The notes below the pieces were generated by a model. That model had not been told where the DNA came from, did no database searches, and saw nothing but the letters and a program-made list of their open reading frames with translations. Of a stretch of 64,000 bases of DNA, positions 40,109 through 49,978 are shown piece by piece; within the stretch, counting starts at the first letter, position 1, and each line of letters starts with the position of its first letter. Position numbers and translations under genes: made by a program. The stretch is from an uncultured Pelagibacteraceae bacterium (GTDB lineage Bacteria; Pseudomonadota; Alphaproteobacteria; Pelagibacterales; AG-422-B15), in the NCBI GenBank assembly GCA_902564295.1, contig CACFAO010000001.1, forward strand, positions 105,002 through 169,001, read 5' to 3'.

Positions 40109-41455
40109 ATGAGAGCTTCAAAACTAGGTCGATATTCATGGACGATGTTTGATTGGGCAAATCAGCCTTTCTATACATTGATCATGACATTTGTCTTCTC
40201 TGTTTACTTTACAGATGTCTTTATAACTGGCGACGATGGTGCTCAAAAACTAACACTCACACAAACAATTTCAGGACTAGCTATTGCTCTCTTAAGTCCA
40301 GTCCTAGGGTCCATTACGGATATAAAAGGAAACCGAAAGCTATTAATGGGAATAACGTCTGCACTGTTTGTGCTTGGTATGGCGTTGCTTTGGTATTCAC
40401 CTCCAGGCGCGCCTGACGGTATTTGGCTTGTGATGTTTGGTTTAATACTTGCATCCGCAATGGTTGGATTTTCAGAGGTCTTTAATAACTCAGTTCTAGC
40501 AACGATCGAAACTCCTGAGAATTCCGGTTGGTTAAGTGGTATGGGTTATGGAGTTGGTTATATCGCAGGTCTTATTGCATTAATTTTATTTTTAATAATA
40601 TTTGTTTGGCCTGGTGGTGAAACTGAAAATTTATATGGTTTGAATACGAGTGAATATGAACACGTAAGAATTGTAGGACCACTATGCGCAATTTGGTATG
40701 CTGTTTTCATTATTCCTTTATTTTTATTTACTCCAGATCTTAAAAAAAATGATGTTACTGTTATCAATTCAGTAAAAATTGGTCTTACAAATTTCATTAA
40801 TACTTTCAAAGAAGCTAGAAAGTATAAAAATATATTCACGTTCTTAATAACAAGAATGTTTTATCAAGATGCTTTGAATGCCCTGTTTGTAGTGGGTGGG
40901 GTTTACGCAAGTCTTGTGGTTGGAATGTCGCTCACCCAAGTCTTAATACTTGGAATTATTTTAAATATCTTGTCAGGACCAAGTTCAATTTATGGAGGCT
41001 ATTTAAATGATCTAATTGGATCTAAAAATGTAATAAACTTGTCTCTTTGGGGATTGCTAGTTTCAGGACTCTTAGGATTATCAATTGATAAAGATACAAT
41101 ATTTTATTTTTTTACAGTTAATGAATATTCAGCTGATGTTGAGGAATTTACATTTGGAATATTTAATTCTGTAAGTCAAGTTACATACATTTGTGTTGTC
41201 ATTGGTATTTCAATTTTTTATGGCCCTGCCCAAACTGCATCACGAGCATTAATGGTTAAGCTTTCCCCGCAAGAAAAGATGACTGAATTTTTTGGCCTTT
41301 ATGCTTTTGCTGGAAAATCAACTGCATGGCTCGTTCCTGGATTGATGTCGATAATTCTAGCTTTCACCAACAGTCTGCAATATGCAATGATTTCTATAGT
41401 TCTATTTAATTTAATTGGTATTTTGGGAATGTATTTTGTTTCAGAAAATGATTAA
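40109..41455 (+). CDS. MFS transporter, UMF1 (Atg22-like) family
   Basis: 448 aa with about 12 TM helices. The N-terminal SWTMFDWANQPFYTLI is typical of UMF1 transporters. Confidence 0.75.
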   Translation: MRASKLGRYSWTMFDWANQPFYTLIMTFVFSVYFTDVFITGDDGAQKLTLTQTISGLAIALLSPVLGSITDIKGNRKLLMGITSALFVLGMALLWYSPPGAPDGIWLVMFGLILASAMVGFSEVFNNSVLATIETPENSGWLSGMGYGVGYIAGLIALILFLIIFVWPGGETENLYGLNTSEYEHVRIVGPLCAIWYAVFIIPLFLFTPDLKKNDVTVINSVKIGLTNFINTFKEARKYKNIFTFLITRMFYQDALNALFVVGGVYASLVVGMSLTQVLILGIILNILSGPSSIYGGYLNDLIGSKNVINLSLWGLLVSGLLGLSIDKDTIFYFFTVNEYSADVEEFTFGIFNSVSQVTYICVVIGISIFYGPAQTASRALMVKLSPQEKMTEFFGLYAFAGKSTAWLVPGLMSIILAFTNSLQYAMISIVLFNLIGILGMYFVSEND

Positions 41456-41942
41456 TAAGTATCTTCATTTAGTTTCTTCAACAAAATCCCAAATTACAAT
41501 TTTCATATTACTTAATATATGTGGTCTCATATTTTTTCTTCTTCCACATAATATTTTTTCAAACATGCTCGATCTTGAGCTCTATTATGGAAAAGAGAAT
41601 GTTGTCAGTAATTTCAATGCAATAGGTCCTGAGGGTCGAAGTGTCTACGTTCTCTCTTCACTTATACTGGATACAATTTATCCTGTTTTATATACGTCAT
41701 TATTTCTTGGGGCTTACGTCAAATTATTTAAAAGTTCAGGAGTAATTTTATTTATACCTTTAATCGCTTTTAGCTTTGATATTTTAGAAAATCTTCAAAT
41801 TACGAGACTGGCCTTAAACTTTCCAAATGTTAACGAAACACACGTGTCTTTAGCTAGCATGGCTACTTCATTTAAGTGGATTGCTATTTTAATTACTGTT
41901 TCAGTTTTAATTTATGGAATAATAAAAAAAAGAAAGAAATAG
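41448..41942 (+). CDS. hypothetical small integral membrane protein (about 4 TM)
   Basis: I prefer the ATG at 41448 (MINKYLHL...), which overlaps the MFS gene by 8 nt. The product is hydrophobic with a C-terminal KKRKK, and I recognise no family. Confidence 0.5.
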   Translation: MINKYLHLVSSTKSQITIFILLNICGLIFFLLPHNIFSNMLDLELYYGKENVVSNFNAIGPEGRSVYVLSSLILDTIYPVLYTSLFLGAYVKLFKSSGVILFIPLIAFSFDILENLQITRLALNFPNVNETHVSLASMATSFKWIAILITVSVLIYGIIKKRKK

Positions 41943-41950
41943 ATCTCTCA

Positions 41951-42700
41951 ATGTTCAAAAAAAAAATCCAGAAGTTAAGAAAAAGTTTTTTAAGACGGTT
42001 TTTATTTTTAATAAAAAAAGAAAAATTATCTTTCAAACTAAATGATATACAACTTAATCTAGATATAAGAGACTCAATCGACCGTGAAATTTTTTTTACG
42101 GGTTATTATGAAGAAAAACAAATTCAATACTTAGTTGAAAATATTAAAAAGTATAACATTAAACGTTTTATTGATGTTGGAGCGAACATTGGAGTCTATG
42201 CATTAACTATAGCAAATAGTATTCCAAATATAACAATTGATGCTTTTGAACCGCATAAAGGAGCTTTTGAACGAATGGAAGAGAATGTTAAGCAAAATAA
42301 TTTTTCTAATATTATTAAGTGCCATAACCTTGCTTTGTCCGACGAGAATAAAGAAGGTTATCTTTTGGCAAGTTCGAGGTTTGGAGAATACCAATCTGGT
42401 GGTGCAAAATTAAGTTCTGAAGGCAAGATGAAAATAAAACAAGTATGCGGAGACAATGTTCTTTTGGATGTAAATAAAACAATCGCAGTTAAAGTTGATG
42501 TAGAAGGACTGGAGTTATTGGTGTTACAAGGACTTGTTAATTTAATTAAAAATAATCGTATTTTCTTACAAATAGAAATTTTTGACCAAGAGTTTGTAAA
42601 AACTTCAAGTTTTCTTGAAGAACACAGTTTTAAATTAATAGAAAAGGGAACTTTCACTCACCAAGACACAGTTAAAGACTATTTTTATATTAATTTTTAA
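41951..42700 (+). CDS. FkbM-family SAM-dependent methyltransferase (second copy)
   Basis: I prefer the ATG at 41951 (MFKKKIQ...). FIDVGANIGVYAL and VKVDVEGLELLVLQG are FkbM motifs. Confidence 0.8.
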   Translation: MFKKKIQKLRKSFLRRFLFLIKKEKLSFKLNDIQLNLDIRDSIDREIFFTGYYEEKQIQYLVENIKKYNIKRFIDVGANIGVYALTIANSIPNITIDAFEPHKGAFERMEENVKQNNFSNIIKCHNLALSDENKEGYLLASSRFGEYQSGGAKLSSEGKMKIKQVCGDNVLLDVNKTIAVKVDVEGLELLVLQGLVNLIKNNRIFLQIEIFDQEFVKTSSFLEEHSFKLIEKGTFTHQDTVKDYFYINF

Positions 42701-44262
42701 TGTCTGAAGTGTCTTACACCAGTAAATACCATTGAAATACCTGCTTTATTTGCAGCTTCAATCACCTCATCATCCTTAACAGAGCCGCCAGGTTGAATAA
42801 CTGCTTTCGCTCCAGATGAAATTGTAACAAGCAGTCCATCAGCAAACGGAAAAAATGCATCTGATGCAACCACTGAATTTTTAAGTGAGTTTTCTTCAGA
42901 TTTTTCCATTTCACTATTTTTTTGCGAGGCAATTTTAGCACTATCAACTCTGCTCATTTGTCCAGCACCGATACCAATTGTTTTTTTATTTTTGACATAA
43001 ATAATCGCATTTGACTTTACATGTTTGCAAACTTTAAACGCAAACAACATATCTTCAATTTCATTTTCACTTGGTTTTTTTTCTGTGACTACTTTTAGAT
43101 CAGATTTAGTAGTATTTGCTTCGTCATTTGATTGAACTAAAATTCCTCCTTCAATACTTTTGTAGTTTCTAGAATTATTATTTTTCTGTACTGATGATAA
43201 AGTCAAAACTCGTAAATTATTTTTCGATCTAAAAACTTCCTTAGCTTCATCACTTACATCAGGCGCAATAATAACTTCAGTAAATATTTTTATAATCTCA
43301 GAGGCTGTTTCTTTATTGATTGTTTGGTTAAGTGCGATGATACCCCCAAATGCACTAGTCGTATCACAGGATAGTGCTTTCATATATGCTTCACACAGTG
43401 ACCCCCCGCTAGCAACACCACAGGGATTTGCATGTTTGATAATTGCAACACTAGGAGTGTCTACATCAAATTCTTTAATCAACTGTAACGCTGCATCAGC
43501 ATCATTAATATTATTATAACTCAACTCTTTTCCTTGAAGTAACTTTGCATGTGGTATCCCTGATTGTTGCATTGATGACTTATAGAGACTTGCTGACTGA
43601 TGAGGATTTTCACCGTAGCGAAGTATAGAAGATAATACTGCAGAAGTTGAAAACTTTTTAACTGGTTCCTCTGTAATTCTGTGAAACCAATTACTGATTA
43701 AAGAATCGTAATAAGCAGTGGTCGAAAATGTTTTTGCGGCAAGTTTCTTTCTTAATTTCAATGTGGTTGAACCATTGTTTTTATTGATCTCATTAATGAG
43801 CTCATCGTAATCGCTAATATCAGTAACCACTGTGACAAATTGATGATTTTTAGCCGCTGATCGCAACATTGCTGGGCCACCAATATCAATATTTTCTATA
43901 CAAATTTCCTCATTTTTCTCTGATTTTATCGTTTCCTCGAAGGGGTAGAGATTTACAATTATTAAGTCAATATCTTCTATTCCATGATCCTCTTGAGCCT
44001 TTACATGGTTTTCGTCGTCTCTCCTTGAGAGTAAACCCCCGTGAACATTTGGATGTAATGTTTTTACACGTCCATCCATCATTTCTGGAAAATTGGTTAA
44101 AGAAGATACATCGGTCACATCAACACCCATGTCTGCGATTGCTTTTGCGGTACCACCCGTTGAAACTATTTTAATATTATGTTTTTTGAGCGATTGAACA
44201 ACTTTTTCTAAAGCCGATTTATCTGAAACAGAAATCAGCGCGGTTTTAATTTTTATATTCAA
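42697..44262 (-). CDS. purH: bifunctional AICAR transformylase / IMP cyclohydrolase
   Basis: 521 aa with ALISVSDK, GGTA, VKTLHP and a C-terminal FRH. Confidence 0.96.
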   Translation of the reverse strand: MNIKIKTALISVSDKSALEKVVQSLKKHNIKIVSTGGTAKAIADMGVDVTDVSSLTNFPEMMDGRVKTLHPNVHGGLLSRRDDENHVKAQEDHGIEDIDLIIVNLYPFEETIKSEKNEEICIENIDIGGPAMLRSAAKNHQFVTVVTDISDYDELINEINKNNGSTTLKLRKKLAAKTFSTTAYYDSLISNWFHRITEEPVKKFSTSAVLSSILRYGENPHQSASLYKSSMQQSGIPHAKLLQGKELSYNNINDADAALQLIKEFDVDTPSVAIIKHANPCGVASGGSLCEAYMKALSCDTTSAFGGIIALNQTINKETASEIIKIFTEVIIAPDVSDEAKEVFRSKNNLRVLTLSSVQKNNNSRNYKSIEGGILVQSNDEANTTKSDLKVVTEKKPSENEIEDMLFAFKVCKHVKSNAIIYVKNKKTIGIGAGQMSRVDSAKIASQKNSEMEKSEENSLKNSVVASDAFFPFADGLLVTISSGAKAVIQPGGSVKDDEVIEAANKAGISMVFTGVRHFRH

Positions 44263-44263
44263 T

Positions 44264-44920
44264 TTAGTGGCCTCTTAGTTTTTCAATGTTATTTGCATAC
44301 TCACTTGGACCACCTTTAAAGGTTGTGGTGCCCGCAACAATCATATCAGCCCCAGCATCGATTACTGATTGAACATTTTCAAAATTAATTCCCCCGTCAA
44401 CTTCTAAATAAATTTCTCTACCAGACTTTTTAATTTCTTCTCTAAGTTTTGATAATTTATCCAAAGCAGTTGGAATAAATCTCTGACCGCCAAAACCTGG
44501 ATGGACACTCATGACTAAAATGAGATCAAGTTTGTTCATAAAAGGTTTAACAACTTCCCATTCTGTATCAGGATTAATGGCAAGTCCCGCTTTCACATTT
44601 AAAGATTTAATTTTACTTAAACATGCTTCCGTATCATCATTTGCTTCCGGATGAACTGAAACAATATCTGCTCCAGCTTCAACAAATTTCTCAATATAAG
44701 GTTGTACAGGATCGATCATTAAATGAACATCAAACGGCAGTGAAGATTTATCTCTTATAGACCTAACAACATCTGGACCTATTGTGAGATTTGGAACAAA
44801 GTGTCCGTCCATTACGTCAACGTGTATGAAGTCAGCCCCGGCTTGAGTGATATTAACGACCTCATCTCCTAATGATGAAAAGTCTGATGCTAGTATAGAA
44901 GGTGATATTTTAACCGACAT
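44264..44920 (-). CDS. rpe: ribulose-phosphate 3-epimerase
   Basis: 218 aa with SILASDF, HVDVMDGHFVPN, VMSVHPGFGGQ and EVDGG. Confidence 0.95.
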   Translation of the reverse strand: MSVKISPSILASDFSSLGDEVVNITQAGADFIHVDVMDGHFVPNLTIGPDVVRSIRDKSSLPFDVHLMIDPVQPYIEKFVEAGADIVSVHPEANDDTEACLSKIKSLNVKAGLAINPDTEWEVVKPFMNKLDLILVMSVHPGFGGQRFIPTALDKLSKLREEIKKSGREIYLEVDGGINFENVQSVIDAGADMIVAGTTTFKGGPSEYANNIEKLRGH

Positions 44921-45017
44921 TATTGTGAAGCATTATTTCTCTGTATAACAGAAAGGTTTGTTGTTTCCCACTGTTTTCATACTTTGATTAGCGATAAATA
45001 GAGATTACATTATACAT

Positions 45018-45173
45018 ATGAATGATAAAAAAACAGAGGTTGTCGAAGACAAAGAAGACAAGAAAACTGACACCAAACTGCCTAAAAAGAAAAAAGAGAT
45101 AGGCGGTGCAGACGGTCCAGAGCCAACCCGTTTCGGAGACTGGGAAAAAAAGGGAATTACCTCAGACTTCTAG
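45018..45173 (+). CDS. DUF1674-family small protein (SDHAF4-like)
   Basis: This 51-aa ORF is below the track cutoff, so I translated it by hand: MNDKKTEVVEDKEDKKTDTKLPKKKKEIGGADGPEPTRFGDWEKKGITSDF. A Lys-rich N-terminus with a C-terminal GPEPTR[FY]GDWE+KG...DF is the DUF1674 signature. Confidence 0.7.
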   Translation: MNDKKTEVVEDKEDKKTDTKLPKKKKEIGGADGPEPTRFGDWEKKGITSDF

Positions 45174-45179
45174 AATATT

Positions 45180-45593
45180 TTAAAGTACTTTATCAAATTT
45201 AGATGGCTTCCAATCTTTTGGTGCCAATTCTAAATCTTCAAATTCAAAAGCGGGCGCGACGGTGCATCCAATTAAGCTATATGAACCAGTAGATTTCAAA
45301 GCAAACCAAGTTCCTTTTTCTATAGTGTAAATAAAATTATTATTAGATCCTATCTCATCAATTTGAAATTCTACACCATCCTTAGAAGTAAATATATTTA
45401 GAGGACTGCCAGAGTAAAAGTGTAATGTTTCCGTTTTTGTTATTCTGTGCCAGTGAGAGTTCTCGTGTGCTTCAAGTAAAAAATATATGTGAGTGACATC
45501 ATCATTTCTAAAAATCTCAACATAATGTCCGCCCTCAGGATGTGGTTCCATATTATGCTTTTCTATTAAATTTTTTATAAGTTGTTTATCCAA
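45180..45593 (-). CDS. cupin-superfamily protein (DUF985)
   Basis: 137 aa. MEPHPEGGHYVEIFR is the typical DUF985 N-terminal motif. Confidence 0.75.
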   Translation of the reverse strand: MDKQLIKNLIEKHNMEPHPEGGHYVEIFRNDDVTHIYFLLEAHENSHWHRITKTETLHFYSGSPLNIFTSKDGVEFQIDEIGSNNNFIYTIEKGTWFALKSTGSYSLIGCTVAPAFEFEDLELAPKDWKPSKFDKVL

Positions 45594-46612
45594 TTACTTA
45601 TTTCCTTAATATAAAATTCATCAAGTTCAGGATTGAGAAAACCAACGATATAATGTTGTTTGATATCTTTCTCGCCTGACTCAATAATTACTATTTTACT
45701 TTTTTTGTTTCCCCATTTATCTAGTCTTTTTTCAGTTTCATAAGAGTTTATTACATCATCGTCGTAGTCAAAAAATGATAATGCTGGAATTTTATTTTCT
45801 GAAAAGTCTTTTTCTGCTACGGCACTCATGATGCGACCTCCTTCTACTCCATCAGATATCTCAAATACATCAGTGGAGTACTTAGCACAATCATATTTCT
45901 TTTGATCATTAATATAATCATTGCAATTCAAATTTATTCTATCAAGGAAAGACATTCTATAAAACCATAGGCTGTTATTTCTTATTGTTCCAACATAGGC
46001 TGGGGCAAAAAGAACTACTCCATGTAGATCTTTAGACAACTCCTCATCAAAAGAAGCCGCTGTGGTAAGTGCACCCCCAAGAGAATAGCCAATTAAAACA
46101 ACTTTGTTACCTATCCTTTTAGCAATTTCTATAGCTTCCGATGTATCCTTTAAATAATTTTCTGCACTCATCTGCTTTGAACCAGGATGTTCACGACCAT
46201 GGCCTGATAATCTTGATCAGAAAATATTCGCATCAAGTTCCTCCGATAATTTATCGAAAAATTCCTTTTGTTGAAAATTAGTTGTGCCAAATCCAGGTAA
46301 AAAAGCGATAGCAATTTCTGTCTTATTTTTTTTTGCGTTCGACCATATTATTTTTTTTTGTGCTTCTTCAGGGACATCTCCGAGACTTATTTCAGAATTT
46401 TTTAGATAGCTATCAAGACCTATATCGCTTGGTATGAATACTTTTTTAAAGTTTAAGTCAGATTGTCCCAGCAGAGATGCAATATTAAAAATCCAAATTA
46501 GAATTAACGTAACAACAACTCCTTTTAAAAACGATAACCAGAGATAGGCATAATCAGATAATGCCAATTTATTTTGTATCTTTAATAGATATTTTTTGTG
46601 AAAGTTGATCAC
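45575..46612 (-). pseudogene. membrane-anchored alpha/beta hydrolase interrupted by a single in-frame TGA (46217-46219)
   Basis: Track ORFs 46217..46612 and 45575..46171 are in the same frame (the offset is divisible by 3). Reading through the TGA gives ...LDANIF*SRLSGHGREHPGSKQMSAENY...VVLIGYSLGGALT. This restores the (R)LxGHG oxyanion-region motif upstream of the GxSxG nucleophile elbow in one 345-codon frame. Confidence 0.7.
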
Positions 46613-48549
46613 TTATTCATTCGATTGTCGATTAAATCATCGACGACTGCTGGTTCGGCTAATGTAGAAGTATCACCAAGATTACCGTATTCATTTTCTG
46701 CAATCTTTCTTAAAATTCTTCTCATAATTTTTCCTGATCGAGTTTTTGGAAGTCCGGGTGCCCATTGTATTAAATCAGGTGATGCGATTGGCCCAATTTC
46801 TTTTCGAACCCAAGCAACCAGCTCTTTATATAATTCATCTGACGTTTCTTCCCCTGCATTGAGTGTCACGTATGCATAGATGCCTTGGCCTTTAATATCA
46901 TGAGGGTAACCAACAACTGCTGCTTCACTAACTTTAGGATGAGCAACAAGAGCTGACTCAACTTCTGCTGTTCCCATTCTGTGACCAGATACATTTATGA
47001 CATCATCCACTCTTCCAGTGATCCAGTAATATCCATCTTCATCTCTTCTACACCCGTCACCTGTAAAATATTTCCCATCAAATTGTGAAAAATACGTTTC
47101 AATAAATCTTTGATGATCACCGTAAACTGTTCTCATTTGCCCTGGCCATGAGTCTGCTAAACATAGAGAACCCTCACAAGCACCTTCAAGAATTTTTCCC
47201 TCTGCATCTAAAATTTCCGGTTTGACACCAAAGAAAGGTTTTGTTGCTGAACCTGGTTTTTGCGCAATGGCTCCTGGAAGAGGTGATATTAAAATTCCTC
47301 CTGTTTCTGTTTGCCACCACGTATCGACGATTGGACATTTTTTGTCACCAACGACATTATAATACCACATCCACGCTTCTGGATTAATAGGCTCACCAAC
47401 AGTGCCAAGTAATTTGAGTGAGGACCTGCTTGTTTTTTTAACAGGATCTTCACCTTCCCGCATTAAAGCTCTAATCGCAGTTGGTGCGGTATAGAAAATA
47501 TTAATTCTATGTTTATCCACCACTTCCCAAAATCTTGAGGCATTTGGATAGTTTGGAACGCCCTCAAACATGACAGTGACTGCGCCATTCGCTAACGGGC
47601 CATAAACAATGTAACTGTGTCCCGTAACCCAACCAACATCTGCAGTGCACCAATAAACGTCACCTTCTTTATAATCAAAGACATATTGATGTGTCATTGA
47701 CGCATACACCATGTAACCACCAGTGGTATGCATAACCCCTTTTGGTTTGCCAGTTGATCCAGATGTATACAATATAAAGAGAGGGTCTTCCGCTGACATT
47801 TCCTCAGGTGGACAATCATCAGACTCTTTTTCAGTTAGTTCGTGATACCAAACATCCCTTTCATCGACCCAACCAATATCTCCACCTGTTCTTTTAACAA
47901 CAATACAATGGCGAACTCCACCCGAAATTGAAATTGCTTCATCTGTATTTTTCTTTAATGGAATTGCCTTACCGCCTCTTACGCCTTCATCTGCAGTGAT
48001 CACAATATCTGATTTGCAATCACTTATTCTTCCAGCTAATGAGTCTGGAGAAAAGCCTCCAAATACAACTGAGTGAATTGCACCAATTCTTGTACAAGCA
48101 AGCATTGCGTAAGCTGCCTCAGGAATCATGGGCATATAAATAGTTACACGATCACCTTTTTTGACTCCAAGAGATTTCATGCCGTTAGCAAGTTTTGATA
48201 CCTCACTGTGTAATTCTTTATAAGTTATTTGTTTTGAGTCTGCCGGATCATCGCCTTCCCAAATGATTGCGGTCTGATCAGCTTTATTTTTTAAATGTCT
48301 ATCAATACAGTTGCTTGATGCGTTAAGTGTGCCATCGTAATACCACTTGATTGAAAAATTATCTTTATTGTAAGAAACGTCTTTTACTTTTGTATATGGT
48401 TTAATCCAATCAATTCTTTTGCCGTGCTCACTCCAAAACTCTTCGTTGTTATTGAGAGAATTTTCATACCATTCATTATATTTATCAGTATTAATTTGTG
48501 CCTCTGCAGACCATTCACTGCTTACTTCAAACTTTTGATTTTCACTCAT
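46609..48549 (-). CDS. acs: acetyl-coenzyme A synthetase
   Basis: 646 aa with [19 protein letters not shown], and [11 protein letters not shown] plus [11 protein letters not shown]. Confidence 0.96.
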   Translation of the reverse strand: MSENQKFEVSSEWSAEAQINTDKYNEWYENSLNNNEEFWSEHGKRIDWIKPYTKVKDVSYNKDNFSIKWYYDGTLNASSNCIDRHLKNKADQTAIIWEGDDPADSKQITYKELHSEVSKLANGMKSLGVKKGDRVTIYMPMIPEAAYAMLACTRIGAIHSVVFGGFSPDSLAGRISDCKSDIVITADEGVRGGKAIPLKKNTDEAISISGGVRHCIVVKRTGGDIGWVDERDVWYHELTEKESDDCPPEEMSAEDPLFILYTSGSTGKPKGVMHTTGGYMVYASMTHQYVFDYKEGDVYWCTADVGWVTGHSYIVYGPLANGAVTVMFEGVPNYPNASRFWEVVDKHRINIFYTAPTAIRALMREGEDPVKKTSRSSLKLLGTVGEPINPEAWMWYYNVVGDKKCPIVDTWWQTETGGILISPLPGAIAQKPGSATKPFFGVKPEILDAEGKILEGACEGSLCLADSWPGQMRTVYGDHQRFIETYFSQFDGKYFTGDGCRRDEDGYYWITGRVDDVINVSGHRMGTAEVESALVAHPKVSEAAVVGYPHDIKGQGIYAYVTLNAGEETSDELYKELVAWVRKEIGPIASPDLIQWAPGLPKTRSGKIMRRILRKIAENEYGNLGDTSTLAEPAVVDDLIDNRMNK

Positions 48550-48561
48550 AAGGAAATTATC

Positions 48562-48978
48562 TTATTTGATACCACCGAGATTGCAAATAATTGTCCATGA
48601 CTTTTTATCAATTGGCATAACCGAGAGGCGCGACTGTTTAACCAAGGCTAGGTGATTGAGTTTTGGATGCTCTTTTATTTGAGATAGGTTTACTTTACTT
48701 TTAAGAGCTTTCACAGCTGCGACGGATACCATGCCAAAACGCTTTGATTTATCTGTAGGATCAGGATGATATTTCTTAACAATTTTAACGATGCCAACAA
48801 TATCTCTTTCTTTAACAGAGTGATAAAAAAAACAAAGATCGCCTATCTCCATTTTTTTCATATTGTTGGATGCTTGATAATTTCTCACACCATCCCAGCC
48901 TTCACCTTTACTTCCAGCTTTAACTTGCTGTTCCCATGACCATGTTTCAGGTTCTGATTTCATTAACCAGTAGTTCAT
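48562..48978 (-). CDS. EVE (PUA-like) domain protein
   Basis: 138 aa. MNYWLMKSEP...WDGVRNYQA...FFYHS is the EVE-domain pattern. Confidence 0.8.
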   Translation of the reverse strand: MNYWLMKSEPETWSWEQQVKAGSKGEGWDGVRNYQASNNMKKMEIGDLCFFYHSVKERDIVGIVKIVKKYHPDPTDKSKRFGMVSVAAVKALKSKVNLSQIKEHPKLNHLALVKQSRLSVMPIDKKSWTIICNLGGIK

Positions 48979-48979
48979 G

Positions 48980-49978
48980 TTATTCCTTTGTAATTGGTCT
49001 ATTTAAAAGTTCTTGAATTGTAACATCAATATTTTTCTTACGGTATAAAACTTTGTAAATAGAGTCATTGATTGGCAAATCCAATTTGTTTTCAATTGAT
49101 AGTTTCTTGAGAGCTCTAACAGTAAATACTCCTTCAGCGATTGAAAACTTTTTTTCAATGATTTGATTAAGTGTTTTACCTTTTGCGAGATCAATTCCTA
49201 AAGAAAAATTTCTAGACTCTTTTGATGAGCACGTGAGAAATAAATCCCCCATACCAGACAGTCCAGCGAGCGTACTTTTTTTTGCGTTCATGGATTGGGC
49301 TACAATTTTTATTTCTGCAAAACTTCTTGATATAATTGAAGCAACTGCGTTTTCTCCATATTTTTTTCCAAAGACAATACCGCTTGCAATTGCATAAATA
49401 TTTTTTAGAGCACCCGCTATTTGTGAACCAATAATGTCATCAGATAAGTAAGGCCTTAATGTTGGAGATTTAATGAGTTGTGCAATTTTATTTCCAACGC
49501 TTCCACTTTTTGAAGCAACAACGGTAGCAGCCGGCAAACCTTTTGCAATCTCAGCGGCAAAATTTGGTCCTGAAATGACAGCAATCTTATTTTTTGGAAA
49601 TATAGAGGTTACGATCTCACTTGGTAATTTCAGACTATTCATTTCTATTCCCTTAGAGCAGCAAACAAATATCGTACTAGTTTGAATATCTTTTTTTAAC
49701 TTTAATAAATTTGTTGATAAATATTGCACAGGTGAAACTAAAAATAAAATTTCACATGTGGCTACTTCGAGAATTGATGTAGTGCATTTTATTTTTTTAC
49801 TTAATTTAATCTTTGGCAAATATCTTTTGTTTTCAGATATTTTATTAATATTATCACAAACACTTTTTTCTTTTGCCCATAAAATAACTTTTTCTTTTTT
49901 CGATATGATATTTGCTAGCGCAGTTCCCCATGCACCTGCACCAATCACACCAACTTTATATTTAATATTTTCCTTCAA
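48980..49978 (-). CDS. gpsA: NAD(P)H-dependent glycerol-3-phosphate dehydrogenase
   Basis: 332 aa with GAGAWGTALA, GPNFAAE and LKNIYAIASG. Confidence 0.92.
   Translation of the reverse strand: MKENIKYKVGVIGAGAWGTALANIISKKEKVILWAKEKSVCDNINKISENKRYLPKIKLSKKIKCTTSILEVATCEILFLVSPVQYLSTNLLKLKKDIQTSTIFVCCSKGIEMNSLKLPSEIVTSIFPKNKIAVISGPNFAAEIAKGLPAATVVASKSGSVGNKIAQLIKSPTLRPYLSDDIIGSQIAGALKNIYAIASGIVFGKKYGENAVASIISRSFAEIKIVAQSMNAKKSTLAGLSGMGDLFLTCSSKESRNFSLGIDLAKGKTLNQIIEKKFSIAEGVFTVRALKKLSIENKLDLPINDSIYKVLYRKKNIDVTIQELLNRPITKE

Noticed and set aside
41415-41447. N-terminal extensions of track ORFs: 41415 for the membrane protein, 41876 for the second FkbM gene, 58355 for the SDR, 30140 for the porin, 3579 for hisA and 53054 for DUF1302.
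   Set aside because: The extensions overlap the preceding gene or add residues ahead of a canonical N-terminus (a signal peptide, a Rossmann fold, or MILFPAID). Internal ATGs give typical protein starts and typical 1-8-nt junctions, so the extensions are artefacts of reporting the longest ORF.
39215-42700. The tRNA-Gly-adjacent cassette as a classical integrative genomic island or prophage remnant.
   Set aside because: There is no integrase, recombinase or transposase gene, and I found no direct repeat of the tRNA 3' end at the distal boundary. By eye, its composition and codon usage match the rest of the window. It may still be a strain-variable islet, but not a recognisable mobile element.
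46217-46219. The in-frame TGA in the alpha/beta hydrolase read as selenocysteine, or as evidence for an alternative genetic code (TGA = Trp or Gly).
   Set aside because: TGA clearly functions as a stop elsewhere in the window: hisH ends at 3564-3566 and hemE at 14001-14003, both at normal protein lengths. The position is not a known Sec site in this enzyme family, and I see no obvious stem-loop immediately downstream resembling a bacterial SECIS.
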